The notes under the pieces are model-generated. The model was not told where the DNA came from, did not search any database, and saw only the letters and a list, made by a program, of their open reading frames with translations. Shown in pieces: positions 22,601-44,566 of a DNA stretch of 64,000 bases. A program made the position numbers and the translations under genes. Origin of the DNA: Macrostomum lignano (taxonomy: Eukaryota); assembly GCA_002269645.1 (NCBI GenBank), contig NIVC01000511.1, positions 416,877-480,876 on the forward strand. Direction: 5' to 3'. Each line of letters starts with the position of its first letter. The stretch's first letter is position 1.

Positions 22601-25600
22601 CCACTGGGTTGAAAGCTAGCTGGTAATCTTGCAATAATCTGTGTCAGAACAGACATCCTTTAATGGATTTAAAAAACTCGTCGCAAAAAAGTGTTGATAA
22701 GCTTGAAGACAAATTTCTGACAAGTTGAGCATCTTAGCTCTCAACACTTTCTGACGTAATTCAAAGGAACCAGTCTTGCATTCTTTGAGGAAATTTGAAG
22801 GAATTAAAAGCAAAAGTTTAGTGAAAAATTGACAGCTCAGTAAGATTTGCATATTGCGAGCTTGCAGCCATCAGTTTCAATATGAGTTGAACTTGCTGGG
22901 CGTGGCGTCTACAGTCTTCACAGTCATTTTCTAAGAACTCATTCTTCAGCTTTATGACTCTTTTGAAGCCCCGGGTGAATCGTCGGTTTGTACAGTCAGC
23001 TGCCCAGATGATGATTTCCGGTAGCCTTGGCAAGTAATTAGGAGAACAAATCCAGTACAATGCAATTTCCCTGAAAAGAATCCTTATCTCTACGTCTTTT
23101 AAGATGAACTACTTCGGACAGGAAAAGACAGCCTTGCCAGGTAGGTGAATAGATAATTACATTATAATAACCCCATCTTGCAGAAAATGATGATTGCATG
23201 CCTGCATGCTTTTGGCCGTGGGAGACCGGAGTAAGCTAGGGAAGAAATATAGAAGCAAAGCAGCGGGAAAAGAAAGAAGTTACTTGTTGTTGCCAAAAAT
23301 TTTGGCAGAAATATCGTGAAACTATAAAGAGTTGCCGAGCTAACACAGAGAGCCATTCTTGATTGCTTCCAAAGCTGAAGACAAAATCCCACGTAGGAGC
23401 GGAGCGTACTTATCGACCATAGACTGTACAAAGCCGATGCTCAGAAATATAAGACATTTCACACTTAGAAACTGCATGTATCAAATAAGCAAGACAACAT
23501 CGCTCAGTCACCAGACTCAGTTGCCGTCGTCGATTCACAACTCCGTAACAGCCATGCCATATAGCCCTTACGTCTGAACAACAACAGCCATGCCACTAAA
23601 GTGCGCGGTAGCTATTGCAAGAACTGCGTTTCTGATGCATCTGTATCCTTCTTTCGTCTGCCTTTCAAGGACGTCGATCAGTGGCGTAGCCAGGATTTCC
23701 TTCTGGGGGGGGGGGTCACAGTCACAGGCTCACAGCGGCAACCGGGGGCAGGGGGTGCTAGGCCTCTGCAACGGGGGAGGGGGGTGCTGAAAATTTGGCC
23801 TGGGTCAGCCGGCTGGGGGGGGGGTCATGACCCCCATGATCCCCCCTTGGCTACGCCCCTGACGTCGATCGTCTGAGAGAGTGGCGAGCACGGGTGCCAC
23901 TAAGATCTGCTGGAGATGTCAAATGGATGCGTATTTGTGAGTTTCATTTCTCCATTGACGACTTTGTTCAGCAGAAGACAAGAAAAAAACTGAAATCTGA
24001 TGCCGTGCCAAGTGTCAGAATTGCGACTCCTGAGCAGCATGTGCCGGTATCTGCACCTTCACTCTGCCTGTTTATTACTTATGCTTTTTGCTTTTCCCAC
24101 TGCTACACCTTCACTCTGCCTGTTTATTACTTATGCTTTTTGCTTTTCCCACTGCTACACCTTCACTCTGCCTGTTTATTACTTTAGCTTTTTGCTTTTC
24201 CCACTGCTGCACCTTCACTCTGCCTGTTTATTACTTTTGTTTTTTGCTTTTTCCACTGCTGCACCTTCACTCTGCCTGTTTATTACTTATGCTTTTTGCT
24301 TTTCCCACTGCTACACCTTCACTCTGCCTGTTTATTACTTATGCTTTTTGCTTTTCCCACTGCTACACCTTCACTCTGCATGTTTATTACTTATGCTTTT
24401 TGCTTTTCCCACTGCTACACCTTCACTCTGCATGTTTATTACTTATGCTTTTTGCTTTTCCCACTGCTACACCTTCACTCTGCATGTTTATTACTTATGC
24501 TTTTTGCTTTTCCCACTGCTGCACCTTCACTCTGCCTGTTTATTACTTATGCTTTTTGCTTTTCCCACTGCTACACCTTCACTCTGCCTGTTTATTACTT
24601 ATGCTTTTTGCTTTTCCCACTGCTACACCTTCACTCTGCCTGTTTATTACTTATGCTTTTTGCTTTTCCCACTGCTACACCTTCACTCTGCCTGTTTATT
24701 ACTTATGCTTTTTGCTTTTCCCACTGCTACACCTTCACTCTGCCTGTTTATTACTTATGCTTTTTGCTTTTCCCACTGCTACACCTTCACTCTGCATGTT
24801 TATTACTTATGCTTTTTGCTTTTCCCACTGCTACACCTTCACTCTGCCTGTTTATTACTTATGCTTTTTGCTTTTCCCACTGCTACACCTTCACTCTGCA
24901 TGTTTATTACTTATGCTTTTTGCTTTTCCCACTGCTACACCTTCACTCTGCCTGTTTATTACTTATGCTTTTTGCTTTTCCCACTGCTACACCTTCACTC
25001 TGCATGTTTATTACTTATGCTTTTTGCTTTTCCCACTGCTACACCTTCACTCTGCATGTTTATTACTTTAGCTTTTTGCTTTTCCCACTGCTGCACCTTC
25101 ACTCTGCCTGTTTATTACTTATGCTTTTTGCTTTTCCCACTGCTACACCTTCACTCTGCCTGTTTATTACTTATGCTTTTTGCTTTTCCCACTGCTACAC
25201 CTTCACTCTGCATGTTTATTACTTTTGTTTTTTGCTTTTTCCACTGCTGCACCTTCACTCTGCCTGTTTATCACTTATGTTTTTGTCTTTCCGACTCTGC
25301 TGCAAGAATCCTGCTCAACTTCTTTTCTCCGTACACAATGCAATCATCGTACGTACGGTTACAGTATAGATACAGAAATAAAGTCTTGAGGACGTTTTAA
25401 GCATACATAGTATTCGTCCAAGCTACATTAGTTACTTGTATTTTTCTCATGCACTCTATGTATATTTCTGAGCATTGGCTTTGTACACCATTCTAGCCAC
25501 AACTTGTGCCATAGACTAAAAAGCTTGGTGATCGGAGGGGGTGGGTGGATTCTAAAAATCGGCTTCAGATTTTCATCCTTATTGGCACTCTATACTAGGC

Positions 25601-27158
25601 GACCTCAATACTCTTTGGCTTAATCTAATTTCTTGATTCAAACTTGATTCCTCAAACGACTTAAGTTTTTCACAATTATCGTAGAAATGCAATCAACGAC
25701 ATTCTTATTTGATCCAGCGTGCAAGAATGCTTTGGAAGTCGCCATAAGCGTGCAGAAATGCAAGTTTCTATGGTAAAAGCACCTTGAATTTACATGTGCA
25801 CTCCGTGCAGGAATGTCAATCGTGCAAGAATGTAGTGCGCAATGTTTCTGTATTTAGCATAACAGCCATAGACTACAAGCATAATCTTCTTTCCATCGTG
25901 CAAGAATGATCAGACTAGCTCGCGCATATTTTGTCTATGGTTCAAGTCAAACTCCACACCCCCAGCTCCACCCTTGTCTACTTTAGCCACACATGTTGGA
26001 TCAAATAAGAATGGGAATCAAGCACTTTGACTTGTGCGTCTATGGCCAAAACCCTCGTGCGCTACGCGCACTCGTGTTTCAGCCATTGACGCACTCGTCA
26101 GCGTGCTAGATTCCTCCATTGACATATGGCCAAGCATGCTTAAATGGAATTTACTGCACGGCTTGGGATTTACTGCACAGTCGCGTTATCTATCTATGTC
26201 TATGGCTAAAACCAGAAGAATGCTTTGCACATAAATCAATGAATCCATCACTAGGTTCCTTCGTGCGTAAATAGTCTATGGCACTCGAAACCTAGAGATA
26301 AATCTACCAGTCAAGTAAGCTAAATTTCCACTGAGATTTGCACGATTTACATAAATACACATGGAAAATGTCCGAATAACTCGAATAAACAAATATTTTG
26401 ATTAAAGGTAAGAATGAAAGTTCAACTTATAAATAGTAGTGCCGTAAGCACTCCGCTTTCTGGTGTACACCAGCAGGGCATGGCAAAAGCCAGTGCACAG
26501 AGCTGGTAGCTCTTTGTCATATTTTAGCCACCCCGCCTCCTCGATTCTGATTGGCTAGAGGGCCAGCAAAATCAATGGTTAAAAACTCACGGCAGGCCCG
26601 CATCTCGTTGCACTGCACCCGGTTGAACTTTTTCTTCAGCTTCTTCTTGAAGCGCGCAGGCAGGAAAGCCAGGCGGAAGAAGCCGGGGTCTCGCGTGGCC
26701 GTCAGGAAGAACACGTAGCCAGCTGGGCGCCGGCGCAGGTCGCACGGCATGCAGGTCTGCCGCTGTCTGGCTCGCTGCTGGCGCACCTGGGTCCGGTTGA
26801 ATGTGCCGACCGTGATGCGCCGGCCCTCCAGGTTCTGCCGCCACGGCTTCAGCTGCGACCCGACCGTCATGGAGATGTTGTAAGCGCCGTTTTCGGTCGG
26901 CGTTGACTCGTCGCTTGCCCGCCAGGTGGCGCGCAGGACCAGGTCGGACTGCAGCCACTTGGACTGAGCGTCGTGAAACTCGTGTCCGCACTCACTTGAT
27001 GGCAGCTGCTTGGCGGGCAGCCTTCTCCAGCGCTTGTGTCGCTGTCGATTTCTCTGGCCCAGCGAGGCGGTGGGCAGCAGCAGGAGCAGCAGCAGGAGCA
27101 GCAAGGGCATGGCCTGGAGCAGGGGACTCCTGTGCTGCATGGGAGCAGCTGGCGGCAT
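13693..27158 (-). CDS. nrg-like: Neuregulin/vein-type EGFR ligand: signal peptide, N-terminal domain, I-set Ig, EGF, TM, poly-Q tail. Exons 27158-26591, 20725-20528, 18464-18346, 17553-17506, 17188-17056, 16797-16721, [15851-15737 or 15342-15213], 14973-14910, 14346-13693; ~660 aa
   Basis: Poly-Leu signal peptide. Ig motif VCRANGLPRP..W.RDG...DAGNYTC. EGF CNYKNVTYCLNGGTCVISRITNKPSCQ|CPEEYMGFFCE has C-x7-C-x5-C-x10-C-x-C-x8-C spacing and an intron between C4 and C5, the hallmark of ErbB ligands. The TM is followed by RRR. All splice phases match except exon1/exon2, which is 1 nt short (see findings). Confidence 0.88.
14635..14889 (+). repeat. Near-perfect 18-bp minisatellite (ACTAGGGAACCGGTGATC) x14
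   Basis: Direct periodicity; lies in the last NRG intron, ~20 nt from the donor site. Confidence 0.97.
15213..15342 (-). CDS. NRG-like stalk+TM exon B (SLIRNLAVAGVSETTLSTTTLVAGLALIALFVVLLAICCMVADI)
   Basis: Acceptor ttgcag, donor at|gtgagt; 130 nt, phase 1 to 2; ~21-aa hydrophobic stretch. Confidence 0.75.
15737..15851 (-). CDS. NRG-like stalk+TM exon A (TYIEQHLHRRVDRLLTAVAVAIVAAVLCSILLLSWYLAR)
   Basis: Acceptor ttgcag, donor ag|gttaga; 115 nt, phase 1 to 2; 21-aa hydrophobic stretch. Confidence 0.8.
18898..20282 (+). repeat. 43-50-bp minisatellite (GACCAGAGAGGGAGAGAGATAAGAATAACAAGACTGAACTACA) with alternating long and short subtype blocks
   Basis: Direct periodicity; in the intron splitting the NRG Ig domain. 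Confidence 0.95.
23590..24050 (+). pseudogene. THAP zinc-finger domain pseudogene (possibly the N-terminus of a P-type transposase), with a frameshift and a MITE insertion
   Basis: Removing 23679-23869 and correcting one base near 23610 gives MPLKCAVSYCKNCVSDASVSFFRLPFKDVDRLREWRARVPLRSAGDVKWMRICEFHFSIDDFVQQKTRKKLKSDAVPSV. This has C-x4-C, P, W, C-x2-H, F and the AVP box of THAP. Confidence 0.85.
23679..23861. mobile_element. hAT-like MITE, 183 bp, with 8-bp TSD ACGTCGAT
   Basis: TIRs CAGTGGCGTAGCCA / TGGCTACGCCCCTG; ACGTCGAT at 23671-23678 and 23862-23869. Confidence 0.9.
24052..25290 (+). repeat. 52-bp minisatellite (CTGCTACACCTTCACTCTGCCTGTTTATTACTTATGCTTTTTGCTTTTCCCA), ~24 copies
   Basis: Direct periodicity of 52. 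Confidence 0.97.
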
Positions 27159-28302
27159 TCGCTGTCTGATTCAGCCCAGCATGGTTTCGTCCGTTCCAGC
27201 CGCCTAATGAATTTCAGTTTGCTTTTGGCGCGCTAAAATTTCTGGTGCCCGTTGCACAGGGGTTTAGGAAGAAGCAAACAGATTTAGAGAGAAGCAGAGG
27301 CCAGATAAGCTCTCGTGCAGTCTTGTTCCAGTCTGCCTATCAGTCCTCTTTATCTCCTCCAGCGAGCTGGAATTGAGAGAGCAAGAAATAAAAGCAGAAG
27401 ATCGACAGTATAAACGAGATTGCGATGAGAAATTTGCCGGCACCTGCTTTTTCTTCTGGAAGTAGAGAGCTCGCAAACTACGCAGAGCGCGCGTGTCCTG
27501 AGCTGTGTGCTCCAACCCCCAGCACTGGGTCTCTCTCCTCCGCTCAGGCGAGCCTCTCGCTGCCCAATGGCGACGGGACAGAGCGCAGCGTTTTGGGGCC
27601 CAGCGCGCAGCCCCCCAGTCCTCCTGTCTTATTTAGAAAACTCTTGTGAGCCTGATGAGGCGGGGGCCTTGCCAGTTGAGGTGTCTTCTGCCCCAGTACT
27701 CTCCCAGCTCTTTCTCTCTCTTGTCTCTTGCGTTCGTATAGGGCGAATTAGTGAATTCCAGGTTGAGTCGTCAGGACCACCCAAGCAAACAGGGCGCTCT
27801 GGGGTTGGCAACTCCCCCGCACTGAGTGAGTTCGCCCCACCTCTGATATATGACAGATGTGTGCAGACACCTGAGCAGCGGCTTCTGCTGTCTGGCTGTC
27901 CAGTCTCTTCTCCCCAGGTTTTTTAAATAGATTATTTATATTATGAGGTGCTTGTACCGGTAAAATGAGCTGCCTACGAGCGTAATTTCATCGGATTTTC
28001 AATGATTGCAGTTTGAAAATCACAAACCACAGTTTATCTACCCGCTTGAGCAGGAGAAGACGCCAACGATAGAGCAGATTGGAGCAGCCACAAAACTGGC
28101 AGCGCAAATGCCGCTTTGGAATGCCGGGCTGGGTGGGTGGGTGGGGAACACGCGATTGTCTCACGGACTGGCGCGCTGCTGCACTTGAGGAATGCCTGCC
28201 GAGACAGGTTGTAAAACTCGTGCGCAACTAGCAATGCCTAATATAGACTGAGAAAGTAATGCTGATGAAGCAGGGAGACTGGTTGAGAGTTTGAGCACTT
28301 GT

Positions 28303-28541
<239 letters not shown>

Positions 28542-29134
28542 GGCCAAAATCCAGCAATGGAATGGCGGTGGGTGTTGCAGCCCAGTTAAAAAGCGCAGTC
28601 AGTAAACTGTGAGATTGCGAGTGCACAGTTCAAGCAGATCAAAACCAGACTAGGCGGACAGCTCATGTGCGCATGCATTCGAAATCCAATTTTGGACATG
28701 CTTCGCTGTCTCTGAGCAGGCGGGGGGAGGCGGTATAGGTGACTAGGGCCGGTTGCCAGAGGAATTAAGTGCTCAAGCTGCTATTTGGCTGCCGGGCCGC
28801 CCACTCACAACCCGGCAAGGCGCAGGGGGCGTGCATTGAGACACTTCTCAGGCATTGGCACTGCTCACTAGCCATCCACATTGCGCCGTTGGCCCGGCAA
28901 GTGCCGACCACCTGCGGAGGTGGACCTAAGCCTGAAAAAAAAGAAATTGATGTCGCTGTCTGGGGCGCATTTTAATCTTAAAATTATCGACTGTGGTCTT
29001 GAACAACTACATTTAGCAAAACATACAAGACAAAACTAACATTTAGATCGTATATGCAAGGTTAATAAACTGCAATAACATAATCTGCAGAAAAATGCTG
29101 ATCTGGGTGAGAGAGGCAGGATACGGGGAGGGCG

Positions 29135-29360
29135 AGACAGAGAGTGAGATATAGGGGAAGAGAGACAGAGCGAGAGATAGGGAGAGACAGAGAGGGTGAG
29201 ACAGGGAGAGACAGGGAGAGACAGAGAGACAGGGAGAGACAGAGAGACAGGGAGAGACAGAGAGAGACAGAGAGACAGGGAGAGACAGAGAGACAGGGAG
29301 AGACAGGGAGAGACAGGGAGAGACAGGGAGAGACAGGGAGAGACAGGGAGATACAGGAGA
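29135..29360 (+). repeat. GA-rich (GAGACAGG/GAGACAGA) low-complexity repeat
   Basis: Direct reading. Confidence 0.9.
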
Positions 29361-31400
29361 CAAGGCAGCATTATTTTGTGCCCTATTTTCCTATTCTAAG
29401 AAAACATGAGGCCATGCTTGAACGCAGCGTGCTCTCAGATGTTGCTGCTGTTGCTCCATGATTATCTCCGTTGAAAAGTGCTTGGTGATAAGTACTATCA
29501 GGAGCTGTGTGCCTTGCTGGTCCGGTGATTTATGGTCGTTTAAATTATTTCGAGTGTTTAATAAGCCGGTAAATATCCTCAAAGGGACTGAGATTTTGGG
29601 CTGCAGGGTCGAATTGACTTCGATTTTTTATTTTCCACATAAGATATGGTGGCGACTCTGCGCTGCGCGGGAATCGCATCAGCGATAATTCGCGACCTCC
29701 CCCGGCTGACTGACCGACCTGGTTATGCACTGGGCCCCGCTGGGCAATCGAGCTGGATGCACTTGCAATTTTTCATCCGGGGCAGCTTACCCGCGGAAAA
29801 ATTAGGGCTCACTCATCAATGCCAAAGTTCGTCCGAGCGCGTCTACCCAGCGATTCCAAGAAACTGTAAAATCTAGCATTGTATTGCAGCGAGTTCAAAT
29901 ATATTCTGGCTCTTTCAGCCCAGATCATTTTTCATCCTATATGATTTCACTCCAGGCTCGACTGAACTTTGCGAATGATAGATACGAGTTAAAAGGCCAA
30001 TCGGAAAGTAAAAGGGGTAAAATTTATGCAGATTCAATCTAGAGCGTTGTCTGCATGGCTACCAACTCGAGGGGGAAGCAGCTCGGACATAAGCTCGGAA
30101 GCATAAGCACTGTGTGGCATAAATAGTCTGTCAAAAACATTACGAAAAAATCGGGGTAGTGAATGAATCTCAAAAACTCTCTGTTAAACACCATTGTAGT
30201 GTAATACAACAATTCATTTGAATTCTGATTTCAGTGCATATATTTGTCGATTAGTTAATTAACTGCATACAAAATATTTCATTTAGCATAAGAAGCTTTA
30301 AAACTAAATTCAAATTCTATTTCATTGGATAAGCTGGTTCGACGTATTTTAATTTATGCTCATCTGCTTAAATTCATTATAGGTCTCTACGATACTAAAA
30401 TAGTAATACAAGCGTATGTTTGTTAATGTAAGCATAAAATTTAAAACTAAAACTTTCAAAGAATTTCCCAAGAAAGACTAGGCTGTCTATCTAGACTTGG
30501 CCTACCTGTACTATTCTATAATTTGCTAGATCACTGGAAACCATTTTTTGAAGCTCCGAAAACTAGAATTATTATGCATTTTTTATAGAATTTGAGTTGT
30601 AGCACATGTATATGTATAAATGTATGACCGTCGCACCCCTTTGTTGTTTTTGTTTCGAACTTGTCTCTTATCAAGCCTCAATCAAGATATTAAAAATATA
30701 ATATTTCACTAATGTAGCTGATTCTTAGTTTGCCACCCAGTCATCGACCAAATTACTCACTTTTAATCATACAAGCTATACAGCTTGGCTAGAATTAGTT
30801 TTTTATTTATGAGCAATGGTGTGGCTTACAAAATAATTTGACTATATAGATTAGATAATACCAGTATGTTCAAAAAAATGTTTCATATTATTGCATCTCA
30901 TTAGACACAAGAACGAGTTCGTTTGACTATACTTTTTCATTAAGCAAAAATGCTGACACAAAAATGTTCACAAATTTATATAAGCAAGTCTAAGCTACTT
31001 TGATACAGTATTGATCAGTTATTATATCAATTATATTCAAGCGAACTCTGTGTTTTTTACCAAAAATTCTGTTTAATGAATGAATAATTACCAACTAATT
31101 TCCGATTGTTCATGTCAGTCCCATATAAGTTTTGCATAGTAAATAATCAATAGAAAATTTCTATAAGAAACAAATATTTATTGAAGCCATAGCTAACAAT
31201 ATATATGATTTATTATTAAGTAATGATGTTGATGTACATAGTTCTGAATAAATTTAGAATTACGACAAATTGCATATAAATTTATTGATTATTGTCAAGA
31301 AAAATGTTTTTAAGGATATTTATCTCTTCATCTCTTAACTTTGTTTCAGACAATCAGATTTACATAATAAAAAGACCTATTATTTTTATTAATTTTTAAA

Positions 31401-32599
31401 ATGATGAAAGGCTCCAACGACAGAAAAAACATTTATTTATATGTGCCAAACCTAATAGGTAAGTGAAAAATCCTTTTCAAACCTGCAATTGTAGTAGCAT
31501 TGTTTTATTTTTGTTTGAAAGTTCATGTTTGATTCCAGGTGTAGTTTGAATTACTTCCATATAATTGGATTCTGTAAGAGTTAAAGAGGGGCATAAATTG
31601 ATTTGTAATTATATGATATGGGGAATGCTAAAAGAATTTTCTAGGATGATTTTTAGAATCGTTTTTAACCTAAAGAACCTTCTGGAGAAAGCCATTTTCC
31701 TCTAGATATCAGGAAGCCTCATAGAAAGTAATGAAGAAAGCTATCTCACGTAGGAAATGCTCGGCGAGAAAAATTCCTGCTGGGAAATCTTTGCTCGAAA
31801 TCTGTCTTAATGGGAAATCTCCAAATAAAAAATATCGTACAGGGAAATCTGACACTGGAAAATCTCGGGTAAATCTTCCACAGGAAAATCTCCCAAAAGC
31901 TACCGCTCCCACTCCAGCTGTATTTGCGGTAAAGCAATTTGCTTGCAGAGCCCCCAACCGCCTGGAGCCGGCCCTTCCCGCAGATTATGCTCGCCTGCTC
32001 TTCCTGCTCGCCGGCCTGCTCCTCCTGCCGCTCAGCGAGGCCGCCTTCCCTCTGTGCTACGTCGCCTCCTCCCTGCTTGACCTGGTGGACGGCTGGGCCG
32101 CTCGCCGCCTGAAGCAAACCTCCAGCCTCGGCGCCTGGCTGGACGTCATCTGCGACAACCTCGGCCGCGCTTGCCTCTGGCACCTCAGCGGCAGCCGGCT
32201 CGGCCCGCTGTTTGTCAGCGTCGAGTGGCTCGCCTTTGCCGCCAATCAGCGCCGCTCCGTCGCCACTGCGTCGGCCGCCGCCGCCTGGAAGTCGAACGTG
32301 CAACGCCAAATGCCCGGCTGGCTCAGCCGGCTATTCGACAACGGATTCTACAATCCGATGGGTGCGCTGGCGATGGCCGGCCTGTTCGGCCTGCCCATGG
32401 CGCACTTCCTGCTGGCCAGGGCGATGCTGCCCGGCTTCATCCTGGGCTGCCCGGCGCTGCAGTGGGCGGCGCTGACGGCGCTCTACACTGGACGGCTCTT
32501 GGCTCTGGCTGCCGAGGTGCGAATCTATATACAAATTTTGCGTTGTTTGTCTGTCTGTCTCTTTCTTAGTGTCTGCCTGCCTGTCTATCTGTCTGTCTA

Positions 32600-32654
<55 letters not shown>

Positions 32655-32705
32655 GTCTGTCTATCTGCCTGTCTATCTGTCTGTCTATCTGTCTGTCTAT
32701 CTACC

Positions 32706-32742
<37 letters not shown>

Positions 32743-33576
32743 GCCTGCCTGTCTGTCTGTCTGTCTGTCTGTCTGTCTGCCTGCCTGTCTGCCTGTCTGT
32801 CTGTCTGTCTGTCTGTCTGCCTGCCTGTCTATCTGTCTGTCTGTCTGTGTAATTGATCTTTTAGAGAACAATCTGGCCGTGAAATAAAGCCGATATGTAT
32901 TGAAAAATTTAAAGCTGGAGAAATAAAGCCGATATGTATCGAAAAATATGAAACTGCCAAATGCGATATGTATAGAAAGAATACAGAAAACCCTCCGAGG
33001 AAAAATCGATTTGGAAGTGCTGGGTCAAATATTATGAATTTGAATGCCTCCATAAGGGACTTGGTGCGCTAGCGCTAACTAATTAGAGGTTAATCAGTAG
33101 GGAACGGGGCAGAGCAGCTCAGCTCAGGAGTCAGCAGAATGGGCAGAATTGCCCCAGCCTGCTGGTTGTGAGACGATGTCACCGAATGCGTTTCGGCGCC
33201 TTTCATCACTAGAATTTAGTCCTTGAGTTCTACTGTTCAAGCTAATTGATTTTATCTACACTAAGTCGATTATGCTATATGATCGGGTCAGCTCAGTCTG
33301 CGCAGACCGTAAACTACTCAGTTTAGTAGCTTAATTAATACGCATATTTCAGAAAAACCTAAGCATTTTTTAAATTTCTCTCAATTTCCAATGCACTCGA
33401 AAACGTGTAAGTAGTATGATGCACTACCAGTAGTAACCGTATATAGTTTTTTATATAAAAACTCTATAGTGTTTGATCAACATATTTACAGACACTTTTA
33501 AATTGCCCCCCTTCAGCTCCACTGCATCTGGTTTGTCATTGACGATCTGGTGACAGAGGATCAGCAGTCTCCATAA
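31401..33576 (+). CDS. CDP-alcohol phosphatidyltransferase family protein (PIS/CDIPT-like paralogue), 3 exons (31401-31458, 31984-32516, 33517-33576), 216 aa
   Basis: Exact CAPT motif DLVDGWAARRLKQTSSLGAWLDVICD (D-x2-DG-x2-AR-x8-G-x3-D-x3-D). The N-terminus NIYLYVPNLI|DYARL resembles PIS enzymes. Splice phases 1 and 0 match; the CDS is 651 nt. Confidence 0.85.
32545..32848 (+). repeat. (TCTG)n microsatellite in CAPT intron 2
   Basis: Direct reading. Confidence 0.97.
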
Positions 33577-34761
33577 TTTCTAAGACTGTCGTGGATGCTC
33601 CCAATGGATTCAAATGTGGACAATTTATATATATGTTGAATTTTTTATTTTTAGCTATCATGCGCGCCTGATACTACTGTACAAAATGCAGCACATGTTT
33701 AGAATTTAGATTTAGTTTTTTATTACACGTGCATGAAATTCCCAAGCTTCAAAGTCATAGCAATTGATTTTGTTGATTTTATCCAAGACAATTTCGTAGA
33801 GATATTATTGTACGAGTATATAAAGTAAACTTGAATGCCTCCTCGATTCTTTAATTCGACTGGTCACAACTGAAACGTCTATAATAGACAATCAGAACGC
33901 CGCATGTCGGACGCTATATAGACTCAAATTTTGTGGATTTCACTAAGTACTTTTGTTCGAGATTGATTCAAATTAACTTTTTAGAATATCGGATTATTAA
34001 ATTGGTTTGTACCAAGGTACTCAGTCCGGAAACTTCTGAGACACCCCTCGTATTTTTGAGCTAATTGAAATCATGCTTAAACCAAGGGCGTCTTAATCAC
34101 ACCTTAAGACCTTAAGAAGTCCTTGGCTTAAACATGGACCCATGCAGTAGATCAGATCTACCGTAGATTAACTGCAGATCTAGATTTGTATGATCAGAAA
34201 TTTCAACTTGGTACACTGCTGCCAAATGGCAATTGTCATTACTAGAATATTAACTTGGCTGACAAAAGTAAAATGCGATTTGCAGAGGTCAACTGGGCCT
34301 GTGAACTGACTCTAACCAGTTTTTCAAAGTTTTTATAACGTCATTCGATCGATCTGCGATAAAGAAGTTATTAACGAAAAGATCATTAAAGTTTGTATTT
34401 TACGAACAATCAGTCTAGTGAGATGATTTACAAAAACTTTCTGTGTACAGTGACTAACAAGTATATTTCAAGTCTAGTAGGAATGCTGCGTGCACAACAA
34501 TTTCAAGGAACCAGATACAAAGCATAAAGTGAAAACAAGGAGATTTTTAAAACAGGCAAAAGTACTCTGGATTAAGAAAGATGTTAAAAACTGTAGAAAA
34601 CGGCGAAATCATTTTAGCTACAGTGTGGATGACCCGATGAGCTGCTGAGCCTCAGTGCGAAATGCCGGCCAGGAATATCGATCGATGATGAGTCATTTGG
34701 CAGACAATCCATAAACATATTTATTCCAAGTCTTTTCTATCTGATTGACGCCGGACTTTGA

Positions 34762-43892
<9,131 letters not shown>

Positions 43893-44034
43893 CTGGCCGT
43901 CAACAGTTCACTGGCCTAACTAGAACTGTCAATCTGGTTGAGAGGCGCCTCTGGCTGGTGAATTTGGCATGAAAAGTTTTTGTCCAGGATTTTCTAGTCC
44001 TTATTTGCATTAGAGCGACCTAGAGAGCAGGCCC

Positions 44035-44566
44035 TAGAATGACCGTGAGAGTGGACCCAAGAATGACCGTGAGAGTGGACCCAAGAATGACCGTGAGAGC
44101 GGACCCTAGAGTGACCGAGAGAGGACCCTAGAGTGACCGTGAGAGCGGACCCTAGAGTGACCGTGAGAGCGGACCCTAGAGTGACCGTGAGAGCGGACCC
44201 TAGAGTGAACGTGAGAGCGGACCCTAGAGTGACCGTGAGAGCGGACCCTAGAGTGACCGTGAGAGCGGACCCTAGAGTGACCGTGAGAGCGGACCCTAGA
44301 GTGAACGTGAGAGCGGACCCTAGAGTGACCGTGGGAGAGGACCCTAGAGTGACCGTGAGAGCGGACCCTAGAGTGACCGTGAGAGCGGACCCTAGAGTGA
44401 CCGTGAGAGAGGACCCTAGAGTGACCGTGAGAGCGGACCCTAAGAGTGACCGAGAGAGCGGACACTAGAGTGACCGTGAGAGCGGACCCTAAGAGTGACC
44501 GTGAGAGCGGACCCTAGAGTGACCGTGAGAGCGGACCCCAGAGTGACCGTGAGAGCGGACCCTAGA
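44035..44566 (+). repeat. 24-bp minisatellite (GACCGTGAGAGCGGACCCTAGAGT), ~22 copies, just upstream of the SLC38A10 start
   Basis: Direct periodicity. Confidence 0.96.

Noticed and set aside
24000-25400. 330-470-aa hydrophobic Cys/Phe/Leu ORFs
   Set aside because: They are translations of the 52-bp array in three frames, not a membrane protein.
31745-31900. N-terminal extension of the 373-aa CAPT ORF (GKS repeats)
   Set aside because: It is intronic GGGAAATCT-type repeat remnant. The motif-bearing exon 1 is at 31401-31458.
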